A DNA stretch of 64,000 nt from a virus: UHGV virus genome UHGV-1351333; one strand, 5' to 3'. A model generated the notes under the pieces. It searched no databases. It saw nothing but the letters and a program-made list of their open reading frames with translations, and was not told where the DNA came from. Below are positions 37,900 through 45,935 of the stretch, one piece after another. The translations under genes were made by a program, and so were the position numbers. Numbering within the stretch: the stretch's first letter is position 1; the number at the start of each line of letters is the position of its first letter.

Positions 37900-40350
37900 A
37901 TGGCATTACGGCGCGTACAGAGAGGCGAACCTCTGCGTATCGGTCAGATTAACCAATACGCCGAACTTCTTGGCCAAATGACCGGCGGGGGAAAACTCTT
38001 CCGGGCCAACAGGACCGGCTACCAGATGGACCGGGACCTGAACCCCCTGTTCCCGTTCGAGCTGATGGCCCTGGACGCGCAGTCGAGTACCGGAGGAAGC
38101 GCAAAAGGCGTGCCGTTGGCGGAATCTAAAGACCTGGTCGCTTTTCTTCACCCCGGTTCCGTCACGTTTATCGGTCTGGACGGCATGGCCTCACAGGTGT
38201 TTCCCGTCATTAAAAACCCGAAATACGCTCCTACGGATTCTCCCGGCGGAGGCAATGAAGATGGGGCCGCGGTCAACACCTGGCCCCGCCCCGGCATCCA
38301 GATTGAGCTTGATACGGTGTACGGCGTTCACCTGTTCGCCAAGCTGGAACGGGTGACGATGCAGATAGGCCGTGACCGGATAATTCAAGTGTCGGTCAAG
38401 AAATGGTGCCGTGACCGGACTCCATTCATCGGCACGGAAGACGAAATGGACAGTTCCGCTTCGGATGACGAAGATATTATCCGGACGTTCATTCCGTTGT
38501 TCCGCCCCACGGAAGACAGCGCAATCGAAGGAAACGTTTATGTGGAAAATCTGCATGAAAGCGATTTGATTCTGCCGGATATTCCGCTTGAAGGCGGATC
38601 GTCTTCATCTTCGGCGTCCTCTTCCTCGTCTTCCAGCAGTTCAAGTTCAAGCGGTGGAGTATCGTTCAGCAGCTCTTCATCAAAATCGGAAAGCTCGGAA
38701 TCCGCGTCTTTTTCTTCCTCGTCTTCATCGTCAAGAGGCCCGTATATTGACCCGACGCTGATTTCCGTACCGGCGCGGGAAACCGATTCCGGATTCGGCG
38801 GCATCTACCGCACGCTGAAAGGCTTTAACTTCCCGCCCAGCGATGATAAGCCGGGCATGGCGTATATCATCATTTACAGTCCGGTCGAGGCCTGTGATTG
38901 GGTAAACTTTTCCACCGCCGGATTGGCGGAAACGAAAACGGACCAGCAATGGGAAGGCTATGTCGCCATTGACGATAACGGAAATTGGGATTGCAATGTC
39001 ATCATCGACGAATTCACAGACCCTGAAAATACGGGCGCTCACCGATTCAAGGATTTCAAAGTAGGCTACCGGGCAAAAAAACAAAATACGGCTGTCGATA
39101 TTCTCATTGTTGACCAGTCGCCCCCGGAAATGTCCTCTTCCTCGTCCTCGTCGGCAGAAAGTTCGTCGTCGGAAGAAAAATATTATTTCCGCTTTGTTCC
39201 GAATAACATCACTGTAGACAGCCGGTGGCAGAAAGTTCAGGGCTATATCCGCACCGATTCCCCCTATGGGTGGAAAATCCCGGAAGATTTTGCAGCGCAG
39301 TTTCCTTCCGGAAAATGGGTATCTATCTCCCCGCTGACCGGGAAGGACCACGACAATTTTGAAGTCACGTTCCAGACGAACGAAGAAGGCGCCTCCCGCG
39401 ATAATCTGGTGACAGGCTACGCGCTGACGTCGCGCGGCACGTTGATGCTGACGGCGACCGACACATTAAATGTCACCCAAACCTCGGAAGCTTCTTCTTC
39501 CTCATCGAGCAGTTCAAGCAGCTCGTCAAGTTCAAGTTCTTCTTCGTCTTCCGGTTCGTCGAGTTCATCCCAGGCGGATTGGTTTGAGGTGTTTCCCACG
39601 TCGATGGCTTTCGGCGCAGACGGCAAACCGAAAGATTCCAACAAGGTAAGGTTGCGCGGAACGGTCGAATGGTCAGCTGACACGCAAAGCGCCTGGTGTT
39701 CCATGTCTCCCACGTCAGGACCGGCGCCGGGGGATGCCGGGACGGAAGCCATAATCACCTGCCAGCCTAATGAGGGAGTAAATGGCCGGAGCACGCTCGT
39801 CGAGTTTACCGTTAGTTTGAACGGATCGCCGCAATATTACTATGTCAACGTTATCCAGGAGGGCAACCCTCCCGTGCCTTCATCGGGAAGCGAGTCCTCT
39901 TCCTCGGAAGCTTCTTCCGGGGCCAGCTCGGCCTCGTCAAGCAAGACCGCTATTTTGCCGGTCCGGGGAAAGTTCCTGGGCGTGATGTGCATGGAGTCCC
40001 CGGAAACATGGTTTGTGGACTTCGCCACCGTTCATTTTCCGCTTGGATTGGCGTTAATCGACCGGACGTTCATCGACGTCACCGAACCCGGTTCCATAGC
40101 GGTTGTTTCCGCTGTAGATGATAGGGGCCGCCCCGCGCGGGCATGGCTCCGGCAGGAAGGAAAGTACCTTACCCTGTACGCGAAGCCGCAGGGGTTAAGC
40201 CGCGTATTCCGGCCGCAGTCTGTTATTGTCCAGCTCATCGGCAAGCGTCTGGGCCACCGCGCGCGGTTTCCGGAATTTACGAAAGACCAGTTTATCGCCA
40301 ATGAAGCGTTTTACGCTAAAGCCCACCAGCCGGAACCTCCGGAAAAGTAG
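37900..40350 (+). CDS. tail/receptor-binding protein with three poly-serine linkers
   Basis: 816 aa. Linker 1: [44 protein letters not shown]. Linker 2: [28 protein letters not shown]. Linker 3: [21 protein letters not shown]. The linkers separate beta-rich domains. Confidence 0.6.
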   Translation: [816 protein letters not shown]

Positions 40351-40359
40351 AAAAGTAAA

Positions 40360-40728
40360 TCAGGCCCATATTACGTTTCCGGATTCATCAATATCTACGG
40401 CTTTTTTGTGCGCCAGCCGAGCTTCATTTAATTTCCGGGAGTCCCGGATAACGTCGCCGGTTTCCGGGTATTCCTTGAATACGTTAATATAATTCAATAA
40501 ACGTTCCTTGTCGGAATATACCACGGCCGCATTTACAACATAGAACTTCCCTTTATCATCGTACCGACGGATAACGCTCGTATCCGTGGCGCAACGCCAT
40601 GTGTCAAAGTCGCGGGTAATATAAACGCGCTCATGCGCTCTAAGCCATATCATTGTTTCCCTGGCGATAAACTCCGGAACAAGAGTAAAGAGCTGCTCTT
40701 TTGTTAAAGTAGTATTGCTTATAATCAT
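40360..40728 (-). CDS. hypothetical protein (minus-strand cassette)
   Basis: 122-aa ORF driven by promoter 40783..40811 (-). Confidence 0.45.
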   Translation of the reverse strand: MIISNTTLTKEQLFTLVPEFIARETMIWLRAHERVYITRDFDTWRCATDTSVIRRYDDKGKFYVVNAAVVYSDKERLLNYINVFKEYPETGDVIRDSRKLNEARLAHKKAVDIDESGNVIWA

Positions 40729-40762
40729 ATTGACCCGTGGGGTTTCTTAATGAGAAGGTTTT

Positions 40763-40821
40763 TCCCTCCCTTTGATGAGAACAATTTAACACTATATTTT
40801 AAAAATTGCAAGAGAAAAAAG
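40763..40821. repeat. 59-bp promoter-containing direct repeat, copy 1
   Basis: tccctccctttgatgagaacaatttaacactatattttaaaaattgcaagagaaaaaag, about 85% identical to 41997..42055. Confidence 0.75.
40783..40811 (-). promoter_or_regulatory. sigma70-like promoter on minus strand (TTGCAA-N17-TAAATT)
   Basis: Minus-strand read: ctcTTGCAAtttttaaaatatagtgtTAAATTg. Lies inside the 59-bp repeat 40763..40821. Confidence 0.5.
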
Positions 40822-41033
40822 CATAAAAATGATTTTTTATTACATCAAATCAATCGGCAGCAAATAATACGCGCATTTAATCAGCACGATGCCCGCCAGC
40901 CAGTTAAGAACCGCCATAACCGGCATTCGGTGCTTGATGCAGGAAAAAGTGCAAAGCATCATTTGAGCGCCAAGAATCGTTATGGCCCCGGAAATTAAAA
41001 ATTGCAAAAACATCGATTGGCGGTCAGCGCGTG

Positions 41034-41366
41034 CTAACGTCTTGAAACTTTTATCGCGGAAGGCTCGTATCGGTACACTATTTCCTCGAAACGCTTTTCA
41101 GCATCCGCCAGGGTAGTAAGCGTCCAGCCATAAGTTCCCCAGGAATTGGGGCCCGGAAGATACTCGTCGCCAATCTGGTGGAACTTCGTAGGGGACGTGA
41201 CCGTTTGAACCCGCATAACTTCATAGCTGATTTGTCCGTGTTTTTCCTGCTCATATATAACCACATTTCCCTGCCTTCGGATTAAACGATAATTAAACCC
41301 GTATTTCCGGAACTCGGATTTAATTTTTCTTGATGGCGAAGTTATCGGCTTATCTTCCATGCTCAT
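41034..41366 (-). CDS. hypothetical protein
   Basis: 110-aa ORF. Confidence 0.45.
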   Translation of the reverse strand: MSMEDKPITSPSRKIKSEFRKYGFNYRLIRRQGNVVIYEQEKHGQISYEVMRVQTVTSPTKFHQIGDEYLPGPNSWGTYGWTLTTLADAEKRFEEIVYRYEPSAIKVSRR

Positions 41367-41394
41367 ATTATTTTTTTATTAAAAAAATTGTAGT

Positions 41395-41616
41395 TTAACT
41401 CCTAAACTTGCGCCTCACCCGGCGCATTTTCAGCTCCGAAGAAACAGAAGGAGTATTTGACGCTTTTCGCAGTTCCAGCAACTGGTCCACAGTGCGCTGT
41501 AGAGCAATTATGCCTTTCTCCAATTCCACTTTATTTATCCGGTAATTATCCGCAATCCAGTCTATATTTCTGGACAGGTTGTGCCGGTGTGCGTCTATGT
41601 CCTGCCGCGGCTCCAT
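41395..41616 (-). CDS. hypothetical protein
   Basis: 73-aa ORF. Confidence 0.4.
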   Translation of the reverse strand: MEPRQDIDAHRHNLSRNIDWIADNYRINKVELEKGIIALQRTVDQLLELRKASNTPSVSSELKMRRVRRKFRS

Positions 41617-41642
41617 ACATTTATTATTAACTTTTATCCTCA

Positions 41643-41663
41643 GGGGGGGTAATTCCCCCCCCC
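41643..41663. other. G7-TAATT-C9 homopolymer hairpin between minus-strand genes
   Basis: cagggggggtaattccccccccc. A G-run/C-run inverted repeat is unusual in this genome. Confidence 0.5.
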
Positions 41664-41679
41664 TCCCTGGAAGCAGGAA

Positions 41680-41955
41680 TTAACGCAGATTAAAGATGAA
41701 CTCGTAGCCGCTGGAATACCGGTCAATATCTACGGATTCCACATCCATGCAGGTCATATCCCGCACAAGCTGTTTCAAATGGCGCAGGGCTTTTCCGCAG
41801 CGGGAATCGTCTTCAATATCCTTGGGGTCCAGTTTTACCATTATTGAAGTTTGAGAGATAAGAGAAGCGCTGCGTACTTCGCTGCTGCAAAAATACTTTT
41901 GAAAGTATTTATTGATTTCTGAAACTCCGTTTTGCAGTGTGGTTTTAGTATTCAT
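41680..41955 (-). CDS. hypothetical protein
   Basis: 91-aa ORF, first gene after promoter 42017..42045 (-). Confidence 0.4.
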   Translation of the reverse strand: MNTKTTLQNGVSEINKYFQKYFCSSEVRSASLISQTSIMVKLDPKDIEDDSRCGKALRHLKQLVRDMTCMDVESVDIDRYSSGYEFIFNLR

Positions 41956-41996
41956 TTTTTTCTAACAGGTTTTTTGTTTTTTTTCTCTCAGGAGCT

Positions 41997-42055
41997 TTCC
42001 TCCCTTTGATGAATGTAATTTAACACTATATCTTAAGAATTGCAAGAGAAAAAAG
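41997..42055. repeat. 59-bp promoter-containing direct repeat, copy 2
   Basis: ttcctccctttgatgaatgtaatttaacactatatcttaagaattgcaagagaaaaaag. Confidence 0.75.
42017..42045 (-). promoter_or_regulatory. sigma70-like promoter on minus strand (TTGCAA-N17-TAAATT)
   Basis: Inside the 59-bp repeat 41997..42055, near-identical to the promoter at 40783..40811. Confidence 0.5.
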
Positions 42056-42070
42056 AGTTTTTCACGAAAA

Positions 42071-42092
42071 AAATTTGCAATCGTTGCAAATT
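42071..42092. repeat. palindromic motif copy 9
   Basis: aaatttgcaatcgttgcaaatt between the minus-strand cassette and GT25 gene 1. Confidence 0.85.
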
Positions 42093-42143
42093 CCGAAAAT
42101 CAATATTGCTCCTAAAAAATCAAGCAATTATATTGGCAAAGAC

Positions 42144-43196
42144 ATGATAACCTTAAACCATCTTGGAATATCCCACGCGGTCATCATTGCCTTGCCGGAA
42201 CGCGCTGAACACGTCGCCCGCCTGAAAAACTCCATGGCCTCCGGGGGCATTGACCCGGAAAACAGCGTTACCCTGCTTCCCGCCTGGAACGGTCGAGAGC
42301 TGTTTCCTCCGAAAAGCTGGAAAGGGACCCGCGGCGCCTGGGGCTGTGTGCAGTCCCATATCCGGGCCTTGCGGCTTGCGGTTAAAAATAATTGGGAGTC
42401 AGTGCTCATCCTAGAGGATGACGCCCTGTTTTGCCGCAACGCCGCCGCCAGATTGCAGACGCTTTTTTCCGCGCTGCCGAAAGACTGGCGCCTGCTCTAT
42501 CTCGGAGGGCATCACCAAAACTGGCCGAAGGAGGTCCACGCGGATTATATCCTGGCCTCCGGCATGACGGCCACTCATGCTTATATCGTCAAACGGGAAT
42601 CTATCCCGTGGCTTATTAAGCACATCGCCTATTATCCCGACTACGAACAGCAGCAATGGGGAGTTGACCAGCAAATCCGGAACGCCGTTTACCGGGGCGA
42701 CATCCTCCAATACGCCCCGCGCTGGAATATCGTAGGACAGCAGCGGCAGGAATACAGCACCATTGCCCATTCCAGGGCCGGGAACCGGGAGCGCTGGTGG
42801 GAGCATTCTCAAAATGACCAGTTCCGCCTGCTTCCGCTTCTGCTGCTGCGGGAGCCGCTAACCGTGGAGGACGTTGACGGGCTTGAGGAACTGGTGGACG
42901 TCGCCCCCGAAAAAAGCGTCGAATGCCTTTTGGAGAAAACAGAAGATATGGCCGGCGCCATCATTGAGGCGCTTTCCTGCAGCGCGCGGGGGGCATTCAG
43001 CCATCGGCGCGTCCCTGCCCTGTACTATACTGACCGTAAAGCCGCGGACAGGTGCGCCCGCCTATGGTCCGCGGAATGCCTGTTTGCTGATGTTGACGAT
43101 TCCGAACAAACCAGGAAATCGCTTATTGCCGCCCTGCGCCGCATTGTCGACTATGCGGAAAATCCGGACATGAACCCGGACGTGAACAATGATTAA
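42144..43196 (+). CDS. glycosyltransferase, GT25-like (LPS/LOS glycosyltransferase family)
   Basis: GAWGCVQSHIRAL and VLILEDDALF match the GT25 signatures G(E/A)xGC(F/L)LSH and (I/L)LEDD. ATG 42144 preferred, because the ORF-track start (TTG 42075) lies inside the palindromic motif. Confidence 0.6.
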   Translation: MITLNHLGISHAVIIALPERAEHVARLKNSMASGGIDPENSVTLLPAWNGRELFPPKSWKGTRGAWGCVQSHIRALRLAVKNNWESVLILEDDALFCRNAAARLQTLFSALPKDWRLLYLGGHHQNWPKEVHADYILASGMTATHAYIVKRESIPWLIKHIAYYPDYEQQQWGVDQQIRNAVYRGDILQYAPRWNIVGQQRQEYSTIAHSRAGNRERWWEHSQNDQFRLLPLLLLREPLTVEDVDGLEELVDVAPEKSVECLLEKTEDMAGAIIEALSCSARGAFSHRRVPALYYTDRKAADRCARLWSAECLFADVDDSEQTRKSLIAALRRIVDYAENPDMNPDVNND

Positions 43197-44256
43197 CTTT
43201 CTTCGCTACACTGCTATGGATTATTTATTTCCGCATTATTTCGACCGGATTGTCGTCATCAACCTTACTAAAAACCCCGAACGGTTTGCCCGCATTGCCG
43301 ATGAATTGAAGTATAAATGCCTGGCGGGGCCTGATGATATTGTCAGGCATGAAGCCGTGCACGGGGATTCCATGCCGCATCCGGCGTGGTACAGGGCCGG
43401 AAACGGGGCGTGGGGGTGCTTGTCCAGCCATATCGAGGCGCTGGAAGACGCCTGGAACACCGGAAGCGAGCACACGCTGATTATCGAGGACGATGCCGTA
43501 TTCGCCAATGACCTTTTGACGCGGTTCCCGGAAACCATGAAGGAAGTTCCGAAAGAATACGGGCAGTTGTACCTTGGGGGACAGCACCAGCAGGCCCCGG
43601 AGGCCCTCAGCGATACTTTGTGGCGCGGCACGTCTGTCAATCGGACGCATTGCTACGCCGTTACCCGGAAGTTCATTCCGGAGATTCTCGCCCATATCAT
43701 GGATTGGGATACCCATATCAAGGCTGCCGGAAACCCGCTCCACATCGACCACACGCTGGAAATCGGGCATCAGCGCAGATACTGGCCCGTATTTTGCCCC
43801 CGGTTCTGGTTTGCCGGTCAGGGGGAAAACCAATCTGACATCAACGGCAGGCCCCAGCGGGAAATGTGGTGGGAGTACTCCGTGAAACAACAGCATTTAG
43901 AGCTTCCTTTGCTTGTGTTACGGACCGCCGACATGCCGGAACACGTTAAAGACCTGGCGTTTGTCGGCTGGCCGTCGGATTTGGACGCCCGCGGCGTCAA
44001 CAGGAAAATCGAAGAGGCTAAAAAAGACAAGGCTACCCTGTTGCGGGAAATCAGCTGGCTGGCGTATGTAGGATTCCAGCACCACAGCCTTCCGGCGGTT
44101 TATCTTCCGGAGCCGGAACCGGTTTCCGCATTGCAGCGCCTGTGGTCCGGTGAGGTTATCGACACGGCGCATGCGGATGATGCGGATATCCACCGGATGC
44201 GCCGCATCCTGGAATTCGCCGATAATCCGGAAATGCTGAAATATAGATTCCGGTAG
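43189..44256 (+). CDS. glycosyltransferase, GT25-like (paralogue of 42144..43196)
   Basis: GAWGCLSSHIEAL and TLIIEDDAVF. Aligns along its length with the upstream paralogue. Confidence 0.6.
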   Translation: MINFLRYTAMDYLFPHYFDRIVVINLTKNPERFARIADELKYKCLAGPDDIVRHEAVHGDSMPHPAWYRAGNGAWGCLSSHIEALEDAWNTGSEHTLIIEDDAVFANDLLTRFPETMKEVPKEYGQLYLGGQHQQAPEALSDTLWRGTSVNRTHCYAVTRKFIPEILAHIMDWDTHIKAAGNPLHIDHTLEIGHQRRYWPVFCPRFWFAGQGENQSDINGRPQREMWWEYSVKQQHLELPLLVLRTADMPEHVKDLAFVGWPSDLDARGVNRKIEEAKKDKATLLREISWLAYVGFQHHSLPAVYLPEPEPVSALQRLWSGEVIDTAHADDADIHRMRRILEFADNPEMLKYRFR

Positions 44257-44257
44257 A

Positions 44258-44902
44258 TTGACGGTTTTTTCCGGCGCAAGTATCATGGCAGGCATGAAAC
44301 GATTACGTTTGATGCCTGTTTTTTTTATTATTGCCGGATGCGCCCAGCAGAATCAGGCGCCGTCCATTACAACGCCGGTTCCGGAGCCGGTCGTAGAAAA
44401 AACAGTCGTCCGGCCTGTGGCGGCGTCAACGGTCGAATGCGCGGCTACCGTTAAGGATGCGGCCAATGCCGTGCAGAACAGCATTACGGCCATCGTCTCC
44501 ACGATACGGCAGGCGGAAACCGCCGCGCAAGAACAGCAAATCCCCGGCTGGGCAACATGGCTGTCCGAACTGGCGAATCAGGCCGGAAACGCGGATAAGC
44601 AGGCTGCCGTGCTGATGGACCGCTCTGACAATATGACCAAAAAAGCAGCCGCCTTGTCCGAAACGTGCGAGCAGCTGGCGGAAGAACGGGACACGGCAGT
44701 TAAAGCCGCGCAGGAATCCAGGGACGCGGCAGCGGCAATCAAGGCGGAAGCCGCGGAAGTCAAAGCCGATGCCCAGGCCCGCCTGTCCTCCATGACGGAT
44801 GAGCGTTCCTGGTGGCGGAAATGCGCTTTATGCACCTGGGCCGGCATAGCTGTTTTTTGTCTGGCGTGGCTCGGAATCCGACTGGCGAGGGCTGCCGGAT
44901 AA
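44258..44902 (+). CDS. lipoprotein with C-terminal TM helix (unimolecular spanin candidate)
   Basis: Lipobox at MKRLRLMPVFFIIAGC (ATG 44294), Ala/Gln-rich coiled-coil middle, and C-terminal TM CALCTWAGIAVFCLAWLGI. Sits in the lysis region. Confidence 0.4.
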   Translation: MTVFSGASIMAGMKRLRLMPVFFIIAGCAQQNQAPSITTPVPEPVVEKTVVRPVAASTVECAATVKDAANAVQNSITAIVSTIRQAETAAQEQQIPGWATWLSELANQAGNADKQAAVLMDRSDNMTKKAAALSETCEQLAEERDTAVKAAQESRDAAAAIKAEAAEVKADAQARLSSMTDERSWWRKCALCTWAGIAVFCLAWLGIRLARAAG

Positions 44903-44916
44903 CAAAAATTTTCCTC

Positions 44917-44936
44917 AATTTGCAATCATTGCAAAC
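44917..44936. repeat. palindromic motif copy 10
   Basis: caatttgcaatcattgcaaa after 44902. Preceded by ttcctc, as in copy 15. Confidence 0.85.
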
Positions 44937-44955
44937 CGGAAAAACCGGAGATTCA

Positions 44956-44983
44956 GGACCGTAATCCTACGGTCTTTTTTATT
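44956..44983 (+). terminator. rho-independent terminator
   Basis: ggaccgta-atcc-tacggtc followed by TTTTTTATTT. Confidence 0.65.
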
Positions 44984-44989
44984 TGTCAA

Positions 44990-45430
44990 TACTGTTTTTT
45001 ACGCTTTTATAACTTATTAAACCTCATACAGTTATAAATAATATGCACTGAGAAATCGCTAGTTTATTCATTTGTTATTCACTATTAACGAGTTATAAAT
45101 AATTTGCACTTTTGAAAGTTCAGGGCATTCATAAGTATTTGCGTATCAGGCAGTTATAAACGCGATAAACCTGGAAAAACACGCTAAATTCTCATTTTAC
45201 GTAAATATAACCGGCTAAGCTTCATGCAGTTATAGATATTATGCCCTTTCACCGAAGTGCATTTATTTTGTAAATTACTGAAAGTGAAAGGGTTATAACT
45301 GCGGCCAAAGCGCGGAAACCTCAATTTTTGCCTTTATAAGTGGCTGAACTGCATTTAGTTATAAATAATTTGCACTCTGAGAGTGCATTAATATAAATAT
45401 ATAATAATATTCGTTCCTCATATTATTATA
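44990..45430. repeat. AT-rich non-coding region with iterons AGTTATAAATAAT(A/T)TGCACT
   Basis: Full copies near 45029, 45090 and 45357. Partial copies near 45151, 45227 and 45291. Palindrome TGCACTCTGAGAGTGCA at about 45371..45388. Composition contrasts sharply with the GC-rich genome. Confidence 0.6.
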
Positions 45431-45575
45431 CATTTACATTTCCCGTCCTGACCTAAAGGTCAGTACGTCGCCTGGGCTGTTCCGCCCAGGCACTCTGGGA
45501 CAGGGACAGAGAGAGGGTTCCAGCCTGTGAAATTTCCGCTACTGTTCCGGCGGATTTCATGTTACGGTTCCGGAG

Positions 45576-45926
45576 ATGAAAAACCTTCCGCAAATCATCA
45601 AGGACAGTTGGCGCGATATTATCGCTTTTTTGTTCATCGGAATTTTCCTTTCCGTCGGGGTGGAATATCTGATTCGGCTTTCGGTCATCATGGATGTTAC
45701 CGGGGCAGCTTCCTTCATCGCCTTGTTGCAGGGCTTCACCAAGTTTGCCGGGGCCAATCTCTGCGCATGGCTGCTGGGAGCCAATGTGGCCTTCCCGTAT
45801 ATTTCCCGTTGGGCCAGATTCGACTTCAATGCGACCTGGCGCACGATGGAGGGGTTCCGGAAAGTCCAATGCTTCCTCGCGGTTGCCATCGGGGAATTGC
45901 TCATGGCCGCCATCTGCTTTGCCTGA
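45576..45926 (+). CDS. holin-like membrane protein
   Basis: 116 aa with two to three hydrophobic helices. Immediately upstream of the endolysin. Confidence 0.4.
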   Translation: MKNLPQIIKDSWRDIIAFLFIGIFLSVGVEYLIRLSVIMDVTGAASFIALLQGFTKFAGANLCAWLLGANVAFPYISRWARFDFNATWRTMEGFRKVQCFLAVAIGELLMAAICFA

Positions 45927-45935
45927 TACCGCCCC

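Noticed and set aside
38580-39560. Serine-codon runs in the 816-aa tail protein as a possible nucleotide-level tandem repeat / VNTR
   Set aside because: The Ser tracts use mixed TCN/AGC codons without a fixed repeating DNA unit. The repetition is at the protein level (linkers), not a microsatellite.
42075-42143. ORF-track start (TTG at 42075) for the first GT25 gene
   Set aside because: That start lies inside the conserved palindromic motif and uses TTG. The in-frame ATG at 42144 is better placed.
45430-45520. Possible tRNA or small RNA in the GC-rich double-hairpin segment after the iteron island
   Set aside because: I could not fit a cloverleaf: there is no T-arm GTTC(G/A)A context with flanking 5-bp stem and no acceptor pairing or CCA end. 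It is retained only as a structured element within the iteron finding.
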